Shown: piece by piece, positions 15,230-29,089 of the stretch
How positions within the stretch are numbered: the stretch's first letter is position 1
How the letters are laid out: every line of letters starts with the position of its first letter
NCBI RefSeq assembly: GCF_000743755.1
Contig: NW_014569537.1
Location: 1-64,000, forward strand
Source of the DNA: Blastocystis sp. subtype 4
Taxonomy: Eukaryota
Reading direction: 5' to 3'
DNA length: 64,000 bases
The notes under the pieces: model-generated
The model's input: only the letters and a program-made list of their open reading frames with translations
The model's database searches: none
What the model was told of the DNA's origin: nothing
Position numbers and translations under genes: made by a program

Positions 15230-16618
15230 TTACCAGAACTCAAAATTGATGGCCGCAGCGTTCTGCTGACTAGGTTGCTGTTGTTGCTGAGCAGGCATTC
15301 CGTATCCCTGAGGCATACCATAACCCATAGGCATTCCATATCCCATAGGTTGTTGTTGTTGCTGCTGAGGCTGCTGTTGTTGTTGAGCAGGCTTTCCCTG
15401 CGTAGGTTGTTGCTGAGTGGGCATACCATAGCCTTGAGGCATACCATATCCCTGAGGCATACCATAACCCATAGGCATTCCATAACCCTGGGGCATGCCA
15501 TATCCCATCTGCATTCCATAACCCATCTGCTGCTGTTGGCCGGCCATAGCAGGCGATTGAGCAGCCATAGCAGGGGACTGAGCTGTCATTGCAGGAGACT
15601 GGGTGGGCATAGCAGGTTGACCAGCCATAGCAGGAGATTGAGCAGGTTGAGCTGCCATAGCAGGAGACTGAGCAGGCTGCTGGGCCATAGGAGGCTGAGC
15701 ATAGAGGTTCATGATGCCGCTCATATCCATCATAGGATTTGCTTGCTGAGGCTGAGCAGGAGGTGCAGAAATAGCATTCATCATCTCAGTCATCGGAGAC
15801 ACGGGCTCTTCAGCCTCTTCGGCATCAAAGTCCTCCTCTTCCTCCTCCTTCACAGGCTTCTTAGCACCCTTCTTGACGGGAGCCTTCTTAGCAGGAGCCT
15901 TCTTGACAGGAGCCTTCTTAGCAGACTTCTTAGGACGCTCTTCTTCCTCCTCCTCTTCCTCTTCATCATCAGTGACCATTTGTCTCTTAGCAGGCTTCTT
16001 GGCAGGCTTCTTGGCACTCTTCTTAGGACGCTCCTCCTCCTCCTCTTCCTCCTCTTCATCATCACTCACATAACGCTTCTTAGCAGGAGCCTTCTTGGCA
16101 GGAGCCTTCTTAGCGGGCTTCTTAGCCTTCTTCTTAGGCTCAAAATCATCAGAATCCACTTCAACCTCCTCTTCCTCCTCCTCCTCTTCTTCATACTCCT
16201 CACCATCATCAGCCACCCATCGTCTCTGCTCGTACTTAGCACGAATGAATCTTTCTAACTCAGCCATGGAACTGTGCTCATCGGGACGAGGATAATTCTT
16301 AGGAAGTCGGGCCTCCCAATACGCATTACACTTCTTGTTACCCCACTTCTGCATATTCTTAATATGCTCATCCTTCCAACTATCCAGAGAAACTGAACGG
16401 ACGAAAGAAATATGAACTCCCAGATTTCTGTGAACTCCGGAACAGCGAATGCAAATAAAACAACCAAGAGTGGCTGAAGCCCATCGAGGTCCTATAGAGA
16501 TAAAATAATCCTTTCGAAACTACCTACCCTTTGCTCCACAATCAGCACAAACCTTGTTGCAATCCTTCTTCAGCAACTCCTCCAGAATCTTCTTATGAGA
16601 GGCCTTGATCTTACTCAT
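15230..16618 (-). CDS. ArfGAP (SMAP/AGD5-like) with low-complexity C-terminus
   Basis: [43 protein letters not shown]; acidic, PAKK and GYGMPQ repeats. Confidence 0.93.
15290..16200 (-). repeat. Coding tandem repeats in the ArfGAP tail (poly-[18 protein letters not shown])
   Basis: Directly visible in the DNA and the translation. Confidence 0.9.
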
Positions 16619-16953
16619 CGTCTATAGTTTGAGAATGGAAGATGAATCATCTCAAGATTTCGGGACTTCTTTGGGTATTTCAGGAGTTACATTTTTGTTA
16701 CGTATTATGGATCTGGGCCATAATGAATAATAGATACCTTATATAATAGGATAGAATACAATAATTAGGGCCATTAATTTGATAATACTATAAGCCATAA
16801 TACTTGTCCGAACTGGATTGGAAGGACTCAGAACAGTTATAAAAACCACTCTGCTTGTTGTTCCCTTGTTTTTGTGGGAATCATGGGATCCCCCGGATTC
16901 GACAACGTGAATTAAGACTGGACAAACGGTTATTTTGTGAACTGCTATTTCGA

Positions 16954-18643
16954 ATGGATTACACACCCGTATCTAAGTATAGACATGTATATTGCCCCGG
17001 TCTTCAGCGTAAATGAGTCGATTTGTATGTAATGTTCGTAGCTGAGGAGATATATCAAGGATTCCGAGTTGCTACAACAACTGGTGATCAATGTTATATC
17101 AAAGGCAATGCGAAATATTTTGCTTTCCCTGCTGGAGGAGGTGGTGGTCCTATCCTTATTCGCGCACACAACACTCCTGGAAGAATGCCTTCAAGTCTCC
17201 CTCTGCTTACAGGCCATAAGTATGCGTTGTTCTGTTCGGATCATCCTGTAGAGGTGACCTGTGCGACTTTGATTTCAACCCATTCAATGATGAACAGATT
17301 ATCAGTTCCTCTGCCGATCTCTCTGTGATGGTTGGGATTGTTTTCTGATCTGATTAGTAGCTGTGGCAGTTCCCAGAAGGCGGACCGACCGAAAACATTA
17401 CGGAGCCTATTCTGACTCTGAATGGACATCACAGAAAAGTCACCTTTGTCGAATTTAATCCTGTAGCCGAACTCCTTGCTGTTTCGGCTTCTGCGTTTTC
17501 ATTCATGTTAGTTCTTATTTCTAGAGATGGAACATGCAAAGTGTGGGATTGCAAGTTGGGAGATGAAGTTGGTACTTATGACTGTAAGACACTTCCTCAA
17601 GATCTACACTGGAATTACAGTGGAAATCTGTTCTGTGTTTCAACAAAGGATAAGATGAATCGCATTTTCGATCCTCGTGAGAATCATGTTGCAGGAGAAT
17701 GGTGTGCTCACGATGGTGCTAAGTGTGCAAAGATGGTGTGGCTCGGCGATTCTCCTCGTGTGATTACCACTGGTTTCAATCGTGGTTCTCAACGTGAGTA
17801 TAAGATGTGGGATTTGCGTTCATTGCGCAAGCCGATTTGTGGTGAATCATTAGATCAAGTTGGAGAGAGTGATAGTTCTGATGATTAGGCTTCAGGAACT
17901 CTATTCCCATTTTATGATCCTGATACATGTATTCTGTATTTAGCAGGCAAAGGAGATGGTAATATTAGATATTATGAAGTGAAAGAATCTTCTTTGTATG
18001 GATTGAGTCAGTATTCCTCAACAGTCTCAGCAAGAGTATGTATCCCTGATATTTGTTGTATGTGTGAATGGATTGAATGAGATTCTAATGCTTGTTGTAG
18101 GGATTGCATCTTTTACCAAAGAAGGCTTGCGATGTTAATCGATGTGAAATTGCACGAATTATGAAGCTTACTAGTAAGGGAGATGTTGAACCTCTTCCAT
18201 TTTATGTACTATCTTGAACTTTTGCTGATGTGTAGATCCCACGGAAGTTTGAAGGATATCAGCCAGATATTTATCCACCTACATATGCTGGTGTTCCAGC
18301 TATGAGTAATGAGGAATGGCGATGTGGGCAGAACAGTAATCCTTTATTGATGAGTTTGGAGCCTGGCAATCCTGTGTTATCGAAGACAGAATTCAAAACA
18401 TGGGACATTGACTCAGCTCCCAAGGCTACTACACCAGTTTCTCCTACTCCTGTGAATCCTCAACCATTGTCCCCAGAACCAACTGGCCATACTCCATCAT
18501 CTCCTCGCAGTAATTATATACCGAAACAGGGAAAGATGACTGTGGAGGAGGTAGAAGAGGAGATGGAGATATTGATGAAACGGTTGGAATTCTTGAATGA
18601 AACACTCCAGGAGTTGAAGAAGGAGAATGCGAAGAATTTGTGA
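16954..18643 (+). CDS. Coronin
   Basis: SKYRHVY, LNGHHRKV, GTLFPFYDPDTCILYLAGKGDGNIRYYE, IPRKFEGYQPDIYPPT and a C-terminal coiled coil. Confidence 0.93.
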
Positions 18644-18712
18644 AGTGTTTGTTGGAAAGGCATAATCAAGTTCATCGTCTTCTTTTAATTGTATCGTCCT
18701 TTGTAATCCATC

Positions 18713-20247
18713 ATGCCTAATACTGCAGAGGCGTATCGTCAGGCAGCTTTGCTTGAATACCAAACTCAGCTGAAAACAAAACTTGCTGCACAGCATGTTG
18801 CGAAAGAGAATGAGGTACCAATGTACGGATTCTAAAGGAAATACGTGATGGTTTAGACATGGGAACGCTACAACCTTCAACCTTGGTGAACTGTTGTATT
18901 CGAATATTTTAGAATCTCGGTACTTCTTCAAGATCCTGTAATTCGTGAATAGGAGTGATCATGTTCTAGAGATATTGTTGAGTTTGAGGATGTGATGGAA
19001 GAGGTAAAAGACGTTGTCCATGACTTGGGTATGTATTGGTTTCGTTATTTTAGGAATAGAACCTTTGGTTGTTGGATCATCGCGTCATCCATCCTCTGCA
19101 TTCTGTATTTTATATCTTCTTGCATGCAAGCGACTCACATATCAAGAGGTGATATATATGCTTCATAGCACAGTAAGTTGAATTTATGAATGGGTTTGAT
19201 TTCCAGGAATCTCCCTTTATTCGAGGACTTGGTTTCTTATATCTTCGTTTTGCTCTCAATCCACGAGAGTTGTGGAAGTACTTTGCTCCATATTTTGATG
19301 ATGAAATGACTTTTGTTCCCTTTTCTGACAAGGTTCCAATGTAAGAAAGAGGAAAAGAAATGACGGATAGGACGATTGGGAAATTTGCTCTTTCTCTCAT
19401 TGAAAACAAGCGATATCAATCTGTAATTCTTCCTATGATTCCTGTATCTGTGAAACGGGAATGGGATGTGAATATTCTAAAATTAGAAGCTTTGGAGAAT
19501 CGAGTTACAAAACCAGGCCAAATTCATGCAGGTGATAGTGTTATGGGGTTTTATGGAGTTGATTTGATGTGGTATCCAGCAAAGATATTGAAAGTGATTA
19601 ATCCCAACTCGTATTGGATTGTCTATGATACATACAATAACAAGGAAATACGTTCTAGAGGACATATTTTGATGAATGGAGAAGATCCTATGATGACTAA
19701 GTGGATCTGAAGATGAATCTTGATGTTTAGATCGACACAGTCAGAGTCATCTCGATCGAGTTCTCCTTCATCCTCGCGTTCTCGATCACGTTCAAGGTCA
19801 CGTTCTTCTTCTTGTTCCTCTTCTCGCTCGTCACATCATCACTCCCATCATCATTCTCATCATTCCCCTCGTTCTACTGACATGTTTCCTTTCAATTCCA
19901 TTCTCATTTCTAGCAACACCATGTTTGATGATCAGAAGTTAGCTGAACTGGCTCGCGAACGTGAACGCAACGCTGTAGTTACTTCAGGACGTGCTGCTTC
20001 GTCCGTTGGTCATGTCAAACAGAGTTTGATGTTGAAAATGGACAAATTCACTACAGTGAAAACAGACGATGTTCCTGAGCGAAATGTAGTTGTAAAGAAA
20101 CTAGAAGTGGCAGATTCCGTGGAGAAAATGCGAGCTGAAGCGGAAAGGAAGAAACGAGAAGAAGAGAACCGCAAACGCTTGGAGGCAATTCAGCGAATGT
20201 ATACAAAGAATCAAAACGATGATAAGTATAATCATGACTATGTTTAG
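18713..20247 (+). CDS. PRP38: PRP38-like splicing factor with Tudor-like and RS-rich domains
   Basis: GNATTFNLGELLYSNILESRYF, PSSAFCIL, SPFIRGLGFLYLRF; Tudor-like GDSVMGFYGVDLMWYPAKI..YDTYNNKE; RSRSRS tract. Confidence 0.85.
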
Positions 20248-20291
20248 ATGGTTGTTTGTATCATCACACTTTCGGTGTTGAATTCGAAATA

Positions 20292-21115
20292 ATGGATAGA
20301 GTGGATCCTAAAATCCAGAAGGTACAATTATGTTGGTTGACAAGTCATTGGAGTAGGGATTTGATGATTTTGTTGAAGAAACGCGCAAAGAAGCAATTCA
20401 CATCATGAAAGTGGAGATTCCAAAGAAAATGATTGAAATGGATACAATGGCACAGGCTTGTAATTCTAAGAAGCAATGATCTGTAGACTATCCTGGAGAA
20501 TATGGAACCATTTCCTGATAAGGTGGATGTGAAGGATTCTGTTGTTCCATCCAATAAGGTAGGAATGAATTTGGATAGGAACCAGTAGATGATCGTAACA
20601 TTACTTGAAAAGGTGAAGAAGGAACTACTAGATTTGATTGATTATGTTACTACCGTAAAGTAGTGTATTCTGTTCGTTTTCGATGTAGGTTTTATATCAA
20701 GCTGAACCAGCCACGAAAAGAGGATGGAAATACATTTGGGGTGGAAGTTCAGAATGAAATAGTTGCAGATTTGAGTGATGCTATGGAAGGTGCTCACCAG
20801 ATGTTGTCTGATATGATTGCCTATTTTACAACCCGGGCATCGATTATTTCGAATGTAGGAGTGATGGAATCCTATGATGAATAGAGTCGTAAGAATCCTC
20901 ACGTAGCCGACTACATGAAGAGTGTGGCTTCAAATGATAGTAAAGAGTGTGTCTTTTGTTTTTGCCTAATTACTAGGATCCTTGTGCTTTCTCAAGCTGT
21001 TATCGACATGCGGAATCAATATGCAGTTTTGTATGACCGAATTATGAAGAATTTTGACAAAATTGTGAAACCAACCATTTTGACGGCTGGACTGAAATGG
21101 GATTCAATGTACTAG
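20292..21115 (+). CDS. Proteasome activator PA28/REG
   Basis: IKLNQPRKEDGNTFGVEVQNE and YDRIMKNFDKIVKP..SMY C-terminus. Confidence 0.92.
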
Positions 21116-21149
21116 TTGTGGTTTTAGTTTTCTCTTTGTTAAACATATG

Positions 21150-23376
21150 TACTGGAAGAATTGAATCACCTCTGCTGCAGTTAATTCGGCTGTTAGAGCT
21201 GTTCGCAGGAAATGGTTATCATTTGGATTTCGGATGATTCTATAATTGTTACTATACGTATTGATTATACTTCACTTCTCTATTCGCACTATGCAGTATT
21301 CGATATGCCTCTAACGTTTGTTGATTAATGACTCGTGAATCTCGTTCTCCGAGGATAAAACAAATTGGCGAATGAACCTACATAAGAATTGAGCTAAGTC
21401 CACCAACTTCTTCCAATTGAGGAATGGGATTCAACTGCTGGAGAATTCTCCAATCCAACCCATTGAATTGATATCGTCCTTCGAGTGCTTGTTGTACTCG
21501 TTCATTTACATCACCTCGAGACGGAATTAAGCCTGCCAAAACCAGCATCCAGTAAGACATATCGGATGTCAGAGCCATTGTCAGTGGATTGATCACAGGA
21601 TTTCGTAAAATCGCTTTCTATTGGTAATCCATGACAATGAGACACACTTTGAAAACAGATTGCTGAATGAGCAGATTCAAGCCAATGAACCCTCCATAAC
21701 TACTACCCATCACAAAAACTCTTTCAAAATCTATTTCATTGCTGTGTTTAATATGCAGATATTCCATGGCTTCCATCACATCGTTCAATTCCAGCTCTGC
21801 AATATGTCCACATAACGAATGGAGATAGTTATCTCCATAACCAGCAGAACCGTGGTAATTGGGAACCAGGACAATGTATCCATGATGGAGATAGAAGAGA
21901 ATATCTGTATTGAAACAAGCAGCAAAGAGATTATGAGGACCTCCATGAAGAAGAACTATGAGAGGTTGCTTTATAGAACGAGGGGTATGATATAGGATAC
22001 AGTGGCCTTTTGAGGGTGTTACAAATGGCTTGAATTGGATATCAGGAAAAATAGAATTTGAAATGGAATACCAATGTTTTGATTCTGTTCGGATAGAGAG
22101 AAATGGAGGCTGATTCGGACTATTCACTCGGAATACTTCGAATCCTTCTCTCAAACACATAAATTCGTTGTATGTACAATCTGTTGTGAGACATTGACAG
22201 GAATTGGAGATCGTGGTTGATATCTTGTAAACGACACGACGATGTTCACAGAATGAATCAATATAAATGAAGATGATGTTAAGAATGAACAAAATACAAA
22301 AATAATAGGATATTCTCCATTATCCGAAAAGGGATCTTCTTGTAGAACAGGATTCATAATACCACAAAATCCATCTTCTGAAATAGTATCTTGTTGTTTA
22401 ATAAGACAAATAATAGAATTCGTGTCCAGAGAATAGGCATACATTGCCATGGATGAATTGTGTGCAATAACATCAACTGAAGGACCTACTAAAATGAGTT
22501 GATTGTGTTTCGAATTGAAACGAAGGAATTGTGGATTGATCTATGGAAAATGGAGAACTCATTCCAACTGGTAAAGAAATAGTTTGGGATTTGTCCTCTT
22601 GCAGATCACAACGGAGAAGAACGGATGGAAGAGTTGAATACGCATTAGTTACTTCATGATGAGGAGTTTGTTTCCAACCCAATGAATAGATCGTCGAATC
22701 GTTTGTCCAAACATGATAGCCATAACAGTAATCTTTTGAGGGAGTATAGAATGACTACAATGAAACAAGACACCAATGCCCACTTCGATTTCTGGTTTGT
22801 GAAAATGAACTCGATAGATACAACAATGATAAATAGGTCGATCGACTACCCACGACGGAAGAATCTCATTCTCCGAAAGAGAGAGGGTACGATCATCACA
22901 CACAAATCTAGAAATCATAGAATCAAATGGAAATAACGAAATTTCAGCTTCATTATGAATCCATTGGAAACACGAAAAGGGAGAATTGAAGGAAGTTGAA
23001 GGAAGTAAGAATTTATTAACGACTGTGATAGAATCCATATCAACCACACAGACATTCCATTGTAACGGGTCATTGGATGATTTTGCAAGTAGACAGAACT
23101 GGCCAGAAGGAGAAACTGAATAAATAGATCCATTCGATTGAAATAGTGCAGTCAACTCCGAATTGAGAAGAATATCGGAGTCCTTCTCAGGCCAATCATA
23201 ACAATCGATTATTTGCTTCCCATTTTCATTCCACCGTGACTGAAATACTAAGTATCGGGGATCTACACTCTATGCTCTTCATCATGTTTACTTGCTTTTC
23301 CAACTTTGATACATCGCTGAACCTGACTACCAAAGGATCTAGAAAACTCTTGATACTCTTTACGAATAGAATTCAT
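21150..23376 (-). CDS. S9 family (acylaminoacyl-peptidase-like) serine peptidase
   Basis: LLHGGPH, PNYHGSAGYG, GSSYGG nucleophile motif, RNPVIN, GERDSRV, DNHFL; the 3' end is probably completed by poly(A). Confidence 0.85.
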
Positions 23377-23403
23377 AAACAATGTGATCCAAACAAACAA
23401 TCA

Positions 23404-24992
23404 AGTAGTAACATTTATCACGTTCCTCTTGATTTGCCAAAAGGTCTAAAACACTCTGAATTCGATTTCGTTCAGAAATATCCATTCCATCCAATCCCTC
23501 TTGTTCATGCTTCTTACACTCCTCAACGGTACCCACAACCAGATTATCCAATGTAGGAAGCTTGTTCAGATCCCAACGCGTGAATTCCTAAACATCACCA
23601 CAACAGCCTATTCCAACCAATTTACTTCCTGCAATGGATACACCAGAAAATACAGACTTCTGCTTAAACACTTGTTGCATGAGAAACAGAATGTCGAAGC
23701 GATCCACGGGAATCTCAGTATTATGGAATACTGTGTTTTCTTTGGTCTGTAATCGATTAAACAGCTTTAGTAACACATCTTGCGATAAAGGAACTGTAGC
23801 AGATGGTCTATTCATCATCACTTCATTAATCCATACTGGAACACTTTGTGACTCAAAGAATGCAGAATATATGAACAGATTGCATTTCCGAAGGCAGCAG
23901 GAACACAAGCTATGAATCAATCTCCAGTCCAATCCCCACCATAAACAGGAATTGTGCGATAACGCATGGAAGAACCACCAGCTACTTTTTCTCCATTGCT
24001 CATATCATTATCTGCTTCCTATTTCTCACGAATCAACATCACATTCACCTTCGCGACTTGACTTGCTTCTTTCGACATAATCTTCATCACTGGCTTCTCG
24101 TATGACGATACGCATGGTATATACACACCTGAAGACGAATTGACGATCATGCGTTTCATAGGATCTTCGCTACTCTCTTGGATTGGTTCTGTGAAATCAA
24201 TTTTGCGTTTTTTCAAATTCTGTCGAATCTTAGCAGCCAACGGATCATCTTCATCATAACCAATTCTAATTCGTACATTTCACATCGGTGATATTTGTGA
24301 TCAACAGAGATGTTGGATTAGAACGACATCCTGAACCCATACTGGAGATGACGCGAATCTGATTCTTGACGCAATACTCGAGAACGTCTGTTTTGGTAGA
24401 GAAGTCATCGATGCAATCAACTACAAAGTCGGGTTTCTCTTCTAGTAATGAATGAATGTTCTCATGAGAAATGAGAACATTGTTGACAGAGATCTGAATG
24501 GATGGATTGAATTCCAGAATATGGTCACGCATCACTTCTACTTTTGGTTTCCCAACATCTTTTCGTGTAGCCACAGCATGACGATTCAACGATGAGACAG
24601 TCACAATATCAAAGTCAATTAGTTTCAAACGACCAATTCCCGAACGAGCAAGCATATTCGCAGTATGACTTCCTACTCCTCCAAGACCAATCACAACAAC
24701 AAAGGCATCTTCGATCCGCTTCTGTCCATCCTCTCCAAAAAATGCAACATTACGAGTAAATTGTTGTCGATGGATCTCTTCTTCTGAAATACCTATGGTC
24801 AACTCAGCTTTTCATTCTTACCATCTAAACGACTCATTGATTCGCGTTTCACCGGCTTGAAAAAACTCATATCATAAAGTGTTTGAAGAAATGACTTCAA
24901 AGAATCTACTATATCACCTACCACACATTCCTACGCCAGAATGACTGCAGACCTAGTGGATGCGCTTTTGTCAAGGTTGTGCCAATATTCAT
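23404..24992 (-). CDS. ThiF/E1-like tRNA threonylcarbamoyladenosine dehydratase (TcdA/TCD1-2 family); stop likely made by poly(A)
   Basis: RNVAFFGEDG..VIGLGGVGSH..DFDIVTVSSLNRHAVAT..VVDCID..SSMGSG..DPLA..VPAAFGNA. Confidence 0.88.
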
Positions 24993-25119
24993 AAATGAAT
25001 CAGACTCTAAACTAGGAGTGAGTTGAGATTAAGAATAATCTAATCCCCGTGATTCTTCGGTGCCTGATACAGTGCCGTTTTTTCGTGTCATTCCTTGTTA
25101 ATCCGAGTTTTTCCAAGAA

Positions 25120-27022
25120 ATGATTGATATCACTCTCTTGATTCTACTAATCCTCTTTCCAGTATTTGTAATCATTATTGGATGGAGATTAGTCTCCTAC
25201 TACTTATCGGATGACTTTTCTAAAGGATTCTGGGGGGGAAAGATCGTCTTTGTAGATTTTAAGTTTGGATTGGCATGAATCCTAGATATTTTGTATCACC
25301 GTTGCAATCTCGGCTATCTGCTTTTTCCCTCTTGATGTTGCAAATGCGGGAGCTTCTGTAGATTGTGGAATTGTTGATGGTGCATGTGGAGGGTTCAATT
25401 TCACTATGATTTGGTACATCTTGTTCATTCTGATCGTTGTTCTTCTTGTCTTGGTTCTTCCATTCACTGTCTTCTTTTATGAAACGATGGATATCGATCA
25501 ACCTCCTGTGTGTAAGAGAATGCAAACAGCGTGTGGATATGCTCTCGGTACGGTGGTGATTGTTGGAGCTGTGACAGCTATATTTTGTATGATTATCAAT
25601 CGTACAGATATTGACATCACAGCCTTTGAAATCACTCCCGATAATACCTTCTATGTAGGAGACGGAGATTCGGCTACTTTTATTCGTTTGCGCTTCGTTT
25701 CTATCTGACTAATAGTTCCTGACATCATTGATAATTTCAATGCCTCCTTCGTCACTGAAACGGAGTTTGCTGCAGCAAATAAAGTAGTAGGTGAACCCGA
25801 AACCCTCTCGATTCGAGTTTCGGTTCTTGTCTCCATGATCGCATTCTTCTGTATACTTGGTTGGTTATTCTTTGTTATTTTTGCTGGTATCGGAATTATA
25901 GGTCTTCCTTATAAATTGATTTAGTATCCTCTCTCTGACATGGTCATTTGTAGTGGTTTCATTAATCGACCTACTTATATGCCAAAAGAACGATTTAACG
26001 AAGAAAAGAAAGAGATTGGTGTCCGAATTCAAGCTCTTATCGCTCAAGGAGAATCCATCTCTCAAATGATGGAAGTTAGTCTAATGTTCGTTTATGATGT
26101 TTAGAACTCCAAAAATGGTAATTTCGGATGGAAAGAAAAGCGACGACTTCGTAAGGAAGCCAAGAAGGCTACAGAAGAGTATCGTCAGGAATGCAAGGAG
26201 CTTGATGAGGATTATCTCAAATTGCGAGCAGAACATCTCAATTACAAGGAAAACAACCCATTATTACCAATTGCCAAACTTATTTTAGGTATTCTCAGCA
26301 TCATAGCATCAATCTTGTGGCTTCTTCAGTTAGCCTTCTATGTGTTCCCTAAACAATTCCTAGGCTATGGACTCTTCCCATTCCTAAATAGTCTTTTCAG
26401 CAAGCTGAATCAGTACTTCCCCATCATTGCATCAGTCCTTGTATTTCTAAATTCTCATTATCATATCTAGCTGTTGGTGTTCGCTCTATACTTCATGTTC
26501 TGTACTATCAACGGAGCCTTTAGTTTTGGCCTCCGCATGTTCTTCCTCAATGTTCACGAAATGGAACCTCATGACACACTCATCACATCTCTTGTGTTTA
26601 ATGGAGGGTATGTATGTGGAAAGGAATGACATAATTCAGACTGATTTTGATGACAGTACTTCCTCTACTCCAATTCTGCTCCAAGGCATTTGGAGACTAT
26701 GCTGCAAACTCTGAAGTTGTTGATATCCTGAAATCACGTTAATTTAGGTCATTCCTTGATTCAAGGCATTTTTGGTGTACAGATTGAATATCTGCGGTAT
26801 GTATCATGGTTGTTCAAGAATAATGTGTTTATGTGGATTATGTTAGTATTTATCATTCTCTCTGCGATTTACTATGTATGGATAAGAAGGTATCATGAAA
26901 AGTAGTCTTGCCGAAAGAGCGATAAAGAGAGGAAGATGAAAAAGACAATTCAAAAGCTGAAAGAAGAGGATAAACACGGAATTGAGTTGAAGAAGATGAA
27001 AGAGGAGAGAGATATGGCTTAA
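25120..27022 (+). CDS. LMBR1-like multi-pass membrane protein
   Basis: PLDVAN..WYILFI..LPFTVFFYE, GWLFFVIFAGIGIIGLP, M.PHDTL..SLVFN; multi-TM and intron-rich. Confidence 0.8.
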
Positions 27023-27072
27023 GCGACTTGCATAATCTGTTATTCTATTTGGGGTGTTTGTTGTTCAGATTC

Positions 27073-27387
27073 ATGTCGTTTCCTTCAACGTGGTATGAAT
27101 GTTCAATTCTTCTTGACTCTAGTGACATTACGATCACATTCCCTACAGAAGAATATGCATCCATTGCCAAACAAGTGTTGGAAGTGGATCCTGAACTAAG
27201 TCCAGAACGAGTTGACAGAGAATTCGAGGTTCAGTCCAATCTGTTTATTACGTAAGAATGAATAGATCCGATTGATGTCCAGACATTTCAAGGCTGTGGA
27301 CGAAAAGAATTTACGGTTAGGTGTTTCTACATTCTTTGATATGGTTCAAGTAGTGATTCGAGGTTTCTCGGAGTTTGGCTCTAGTTA
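27073..27387 (+). CDS. PCC1: KEOPS subunit Pcc1/LAGE3; stop likely made by poly(A)
   Basis: ITFPTEEYASIAKQVLEVDPEL..F.AVDEKNLRLGVSTFFD; TA at 27386-27387 lies 4 nt before TGTTTGTA. Confidence 0.8.
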
Positions 27388-27419
27388 TAGTTGTTTGTAA
27401 ACAAAGAACACTCCTTCAA

Positions 27420-27878
27420 TCAAACCATAGGTGCCTTACTGCCATCGTTCTTCTTGTCGAAGAAATGTCCACCAACATAGAACACACCACAGACAATAAC
27501 CAGAATGGAAACCAGAATGGACTTCTTAAAGATAATAATACCCAACACAATATAAATGGGTCCCTTAATCAGAGGAGCTCGAACGGGTTCCACCATCTTA
27601 TCGATCTTCTTAGTGACGTCAAAACATGTGAAGCACTTAACAAAGTCGATACAGACCATACATAGACCAATAATGAGCACAAGAATGGACAACCAGAAGC
27701 CTCCACTGAAGCTCAATCCGGAAAACACGACAAGAATACTGCATAACATACTAAGATATTTTGCCCACAGAAGAAGTCGGAATGACTTCAGCTACACATC
27801 ACCACTAACCAATATGGATACGTCGTCACACATCTTGTTAAAAAAGCTCTTTGCTGAATTTGCTGCGATCTGATCCAT
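27420..27878 (-). CDS. Small multi-TM protein (COPI-associated/TVP15-like?)
   Basis: Several hydrophobic segments and IKGPIYIVLG; family assignment tentative. Confidence 0.55.
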
Positions 27879-28137
27879 ATTATGAGAAATAATAAGGAAT
27901 AATCAACTTCATAGGATACAAAGAACATCAATCCGGACTGTTATGCTAGTCTTTTCGCCTGTATAAAAAGGTTCAATGACTATCAAGTTTGGACTTCATC
28001 CTCCTAGGATTCGTTCGTAATTACTAATGGAGACGGATTATTTATCGCGTAACTGTATTAGCAGAGCGGTTTCAATTTCCAATTCAAATAATAGTTGGAT
28101 TTACGTCATGTATGTCCAAAGAATAAACAGAAATCAA

Positions 28138-28794
28138 TCAATCCAAGTATTTTTTCTTCATATAGTCCTCAATAAACAGCCCGACTCGCCTTTCGTATTC
28201 CTTTGGTGATTTACTACACATCATTCTTCTTTCCAAATACTACTTATAAACCATTACTGGCTCTGCTTGTGCTGGATCTAACCAGTTGGGACTCTCTAGT
28301 AGATGCTGAATACCTAATAGAATTTCCTTCACAGAAATAGAGGGTCTCCATCCAAATTCAGATTTCTTTGGATTCAATATACTCAAACATACAGTTCCTG
28401 ATGGATATACATTAGGATGGAATATTACAGGTTTGAAAACACCTGTGGATTAAAAGGTATTCCAATAAGTACATTTTGGTGGTACAGAAGGATAATCATC
28501 AGGAAAAGTCATAACTAATCGGAACTTGCCATTCTCCCACATTGTCTACTAAATCAACAAGAAGTACATTACGGACCCCTTTCTTTCCAGGAATAATGCA
28601 CTTCCAAGTTCTTAAATCAGTTGTGCCATTTGCAAGAGTTACAGGTCCAGCCTTTACGTTAATTCAATGTTACAAAACAAACGGTGAATCCAGCAGGATG
28701 ATCCTTACGCCATTGTTTTCTTTCCCCTAGTAGACGTCGTTCACATAGACCTGTATGATTAATCAGTTCGACTGATCCAACTTTGCCCACTCAT
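28138..28794 (-). CDS. UBC9: SUMO-conjugating enzyme Ubc9
   Basis: [50 protein letters not shown]. Confidence 0.93.
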
Positions 28795-29089
28795 CAAGAT
28801 ACAGATTCTTATAAAAATCAAATGTTCAGGATCACGGAACTTGCAGTTTCTAAAACAACCCTACAATAGCTCTTATAACCAGCAACATCAGCCAAGGGAT
28901 TTTAGTTTCGTTCGTTCCTTTAAGAATGTTGATCTTCCACTTATCTTCATTATTGTTCCCATTATGTTCTTTCTCTCGATGCTTAGAAGGATTCAGCAGA
29001 GAAGATTGAGATTATCCATCAATCGGATGGGTCTTACGATGTTACTATCCTCTATAACAACAAACAAATATGTTACAGAAAAGAAATAA

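Noticed and set aside
15290..16200. CRISPR-like array
   Set aside because: The repeats are in-frame coding low complexity without unique spacers, in a eukaryotic gene.
15020..16258. 412-aa Leu/Ser/Arg-rich plus-strand ORF
   Set aside because: Antisense shadow of the repetitive, codon-biased ArfGAP gene. The same applies to 646-1104 and 63531-63929.
28841..29089. 82-aa plus-strand ORF with a hydrophobic stretch
   Set aside because: No ATG-led spliced model or family could be supported.
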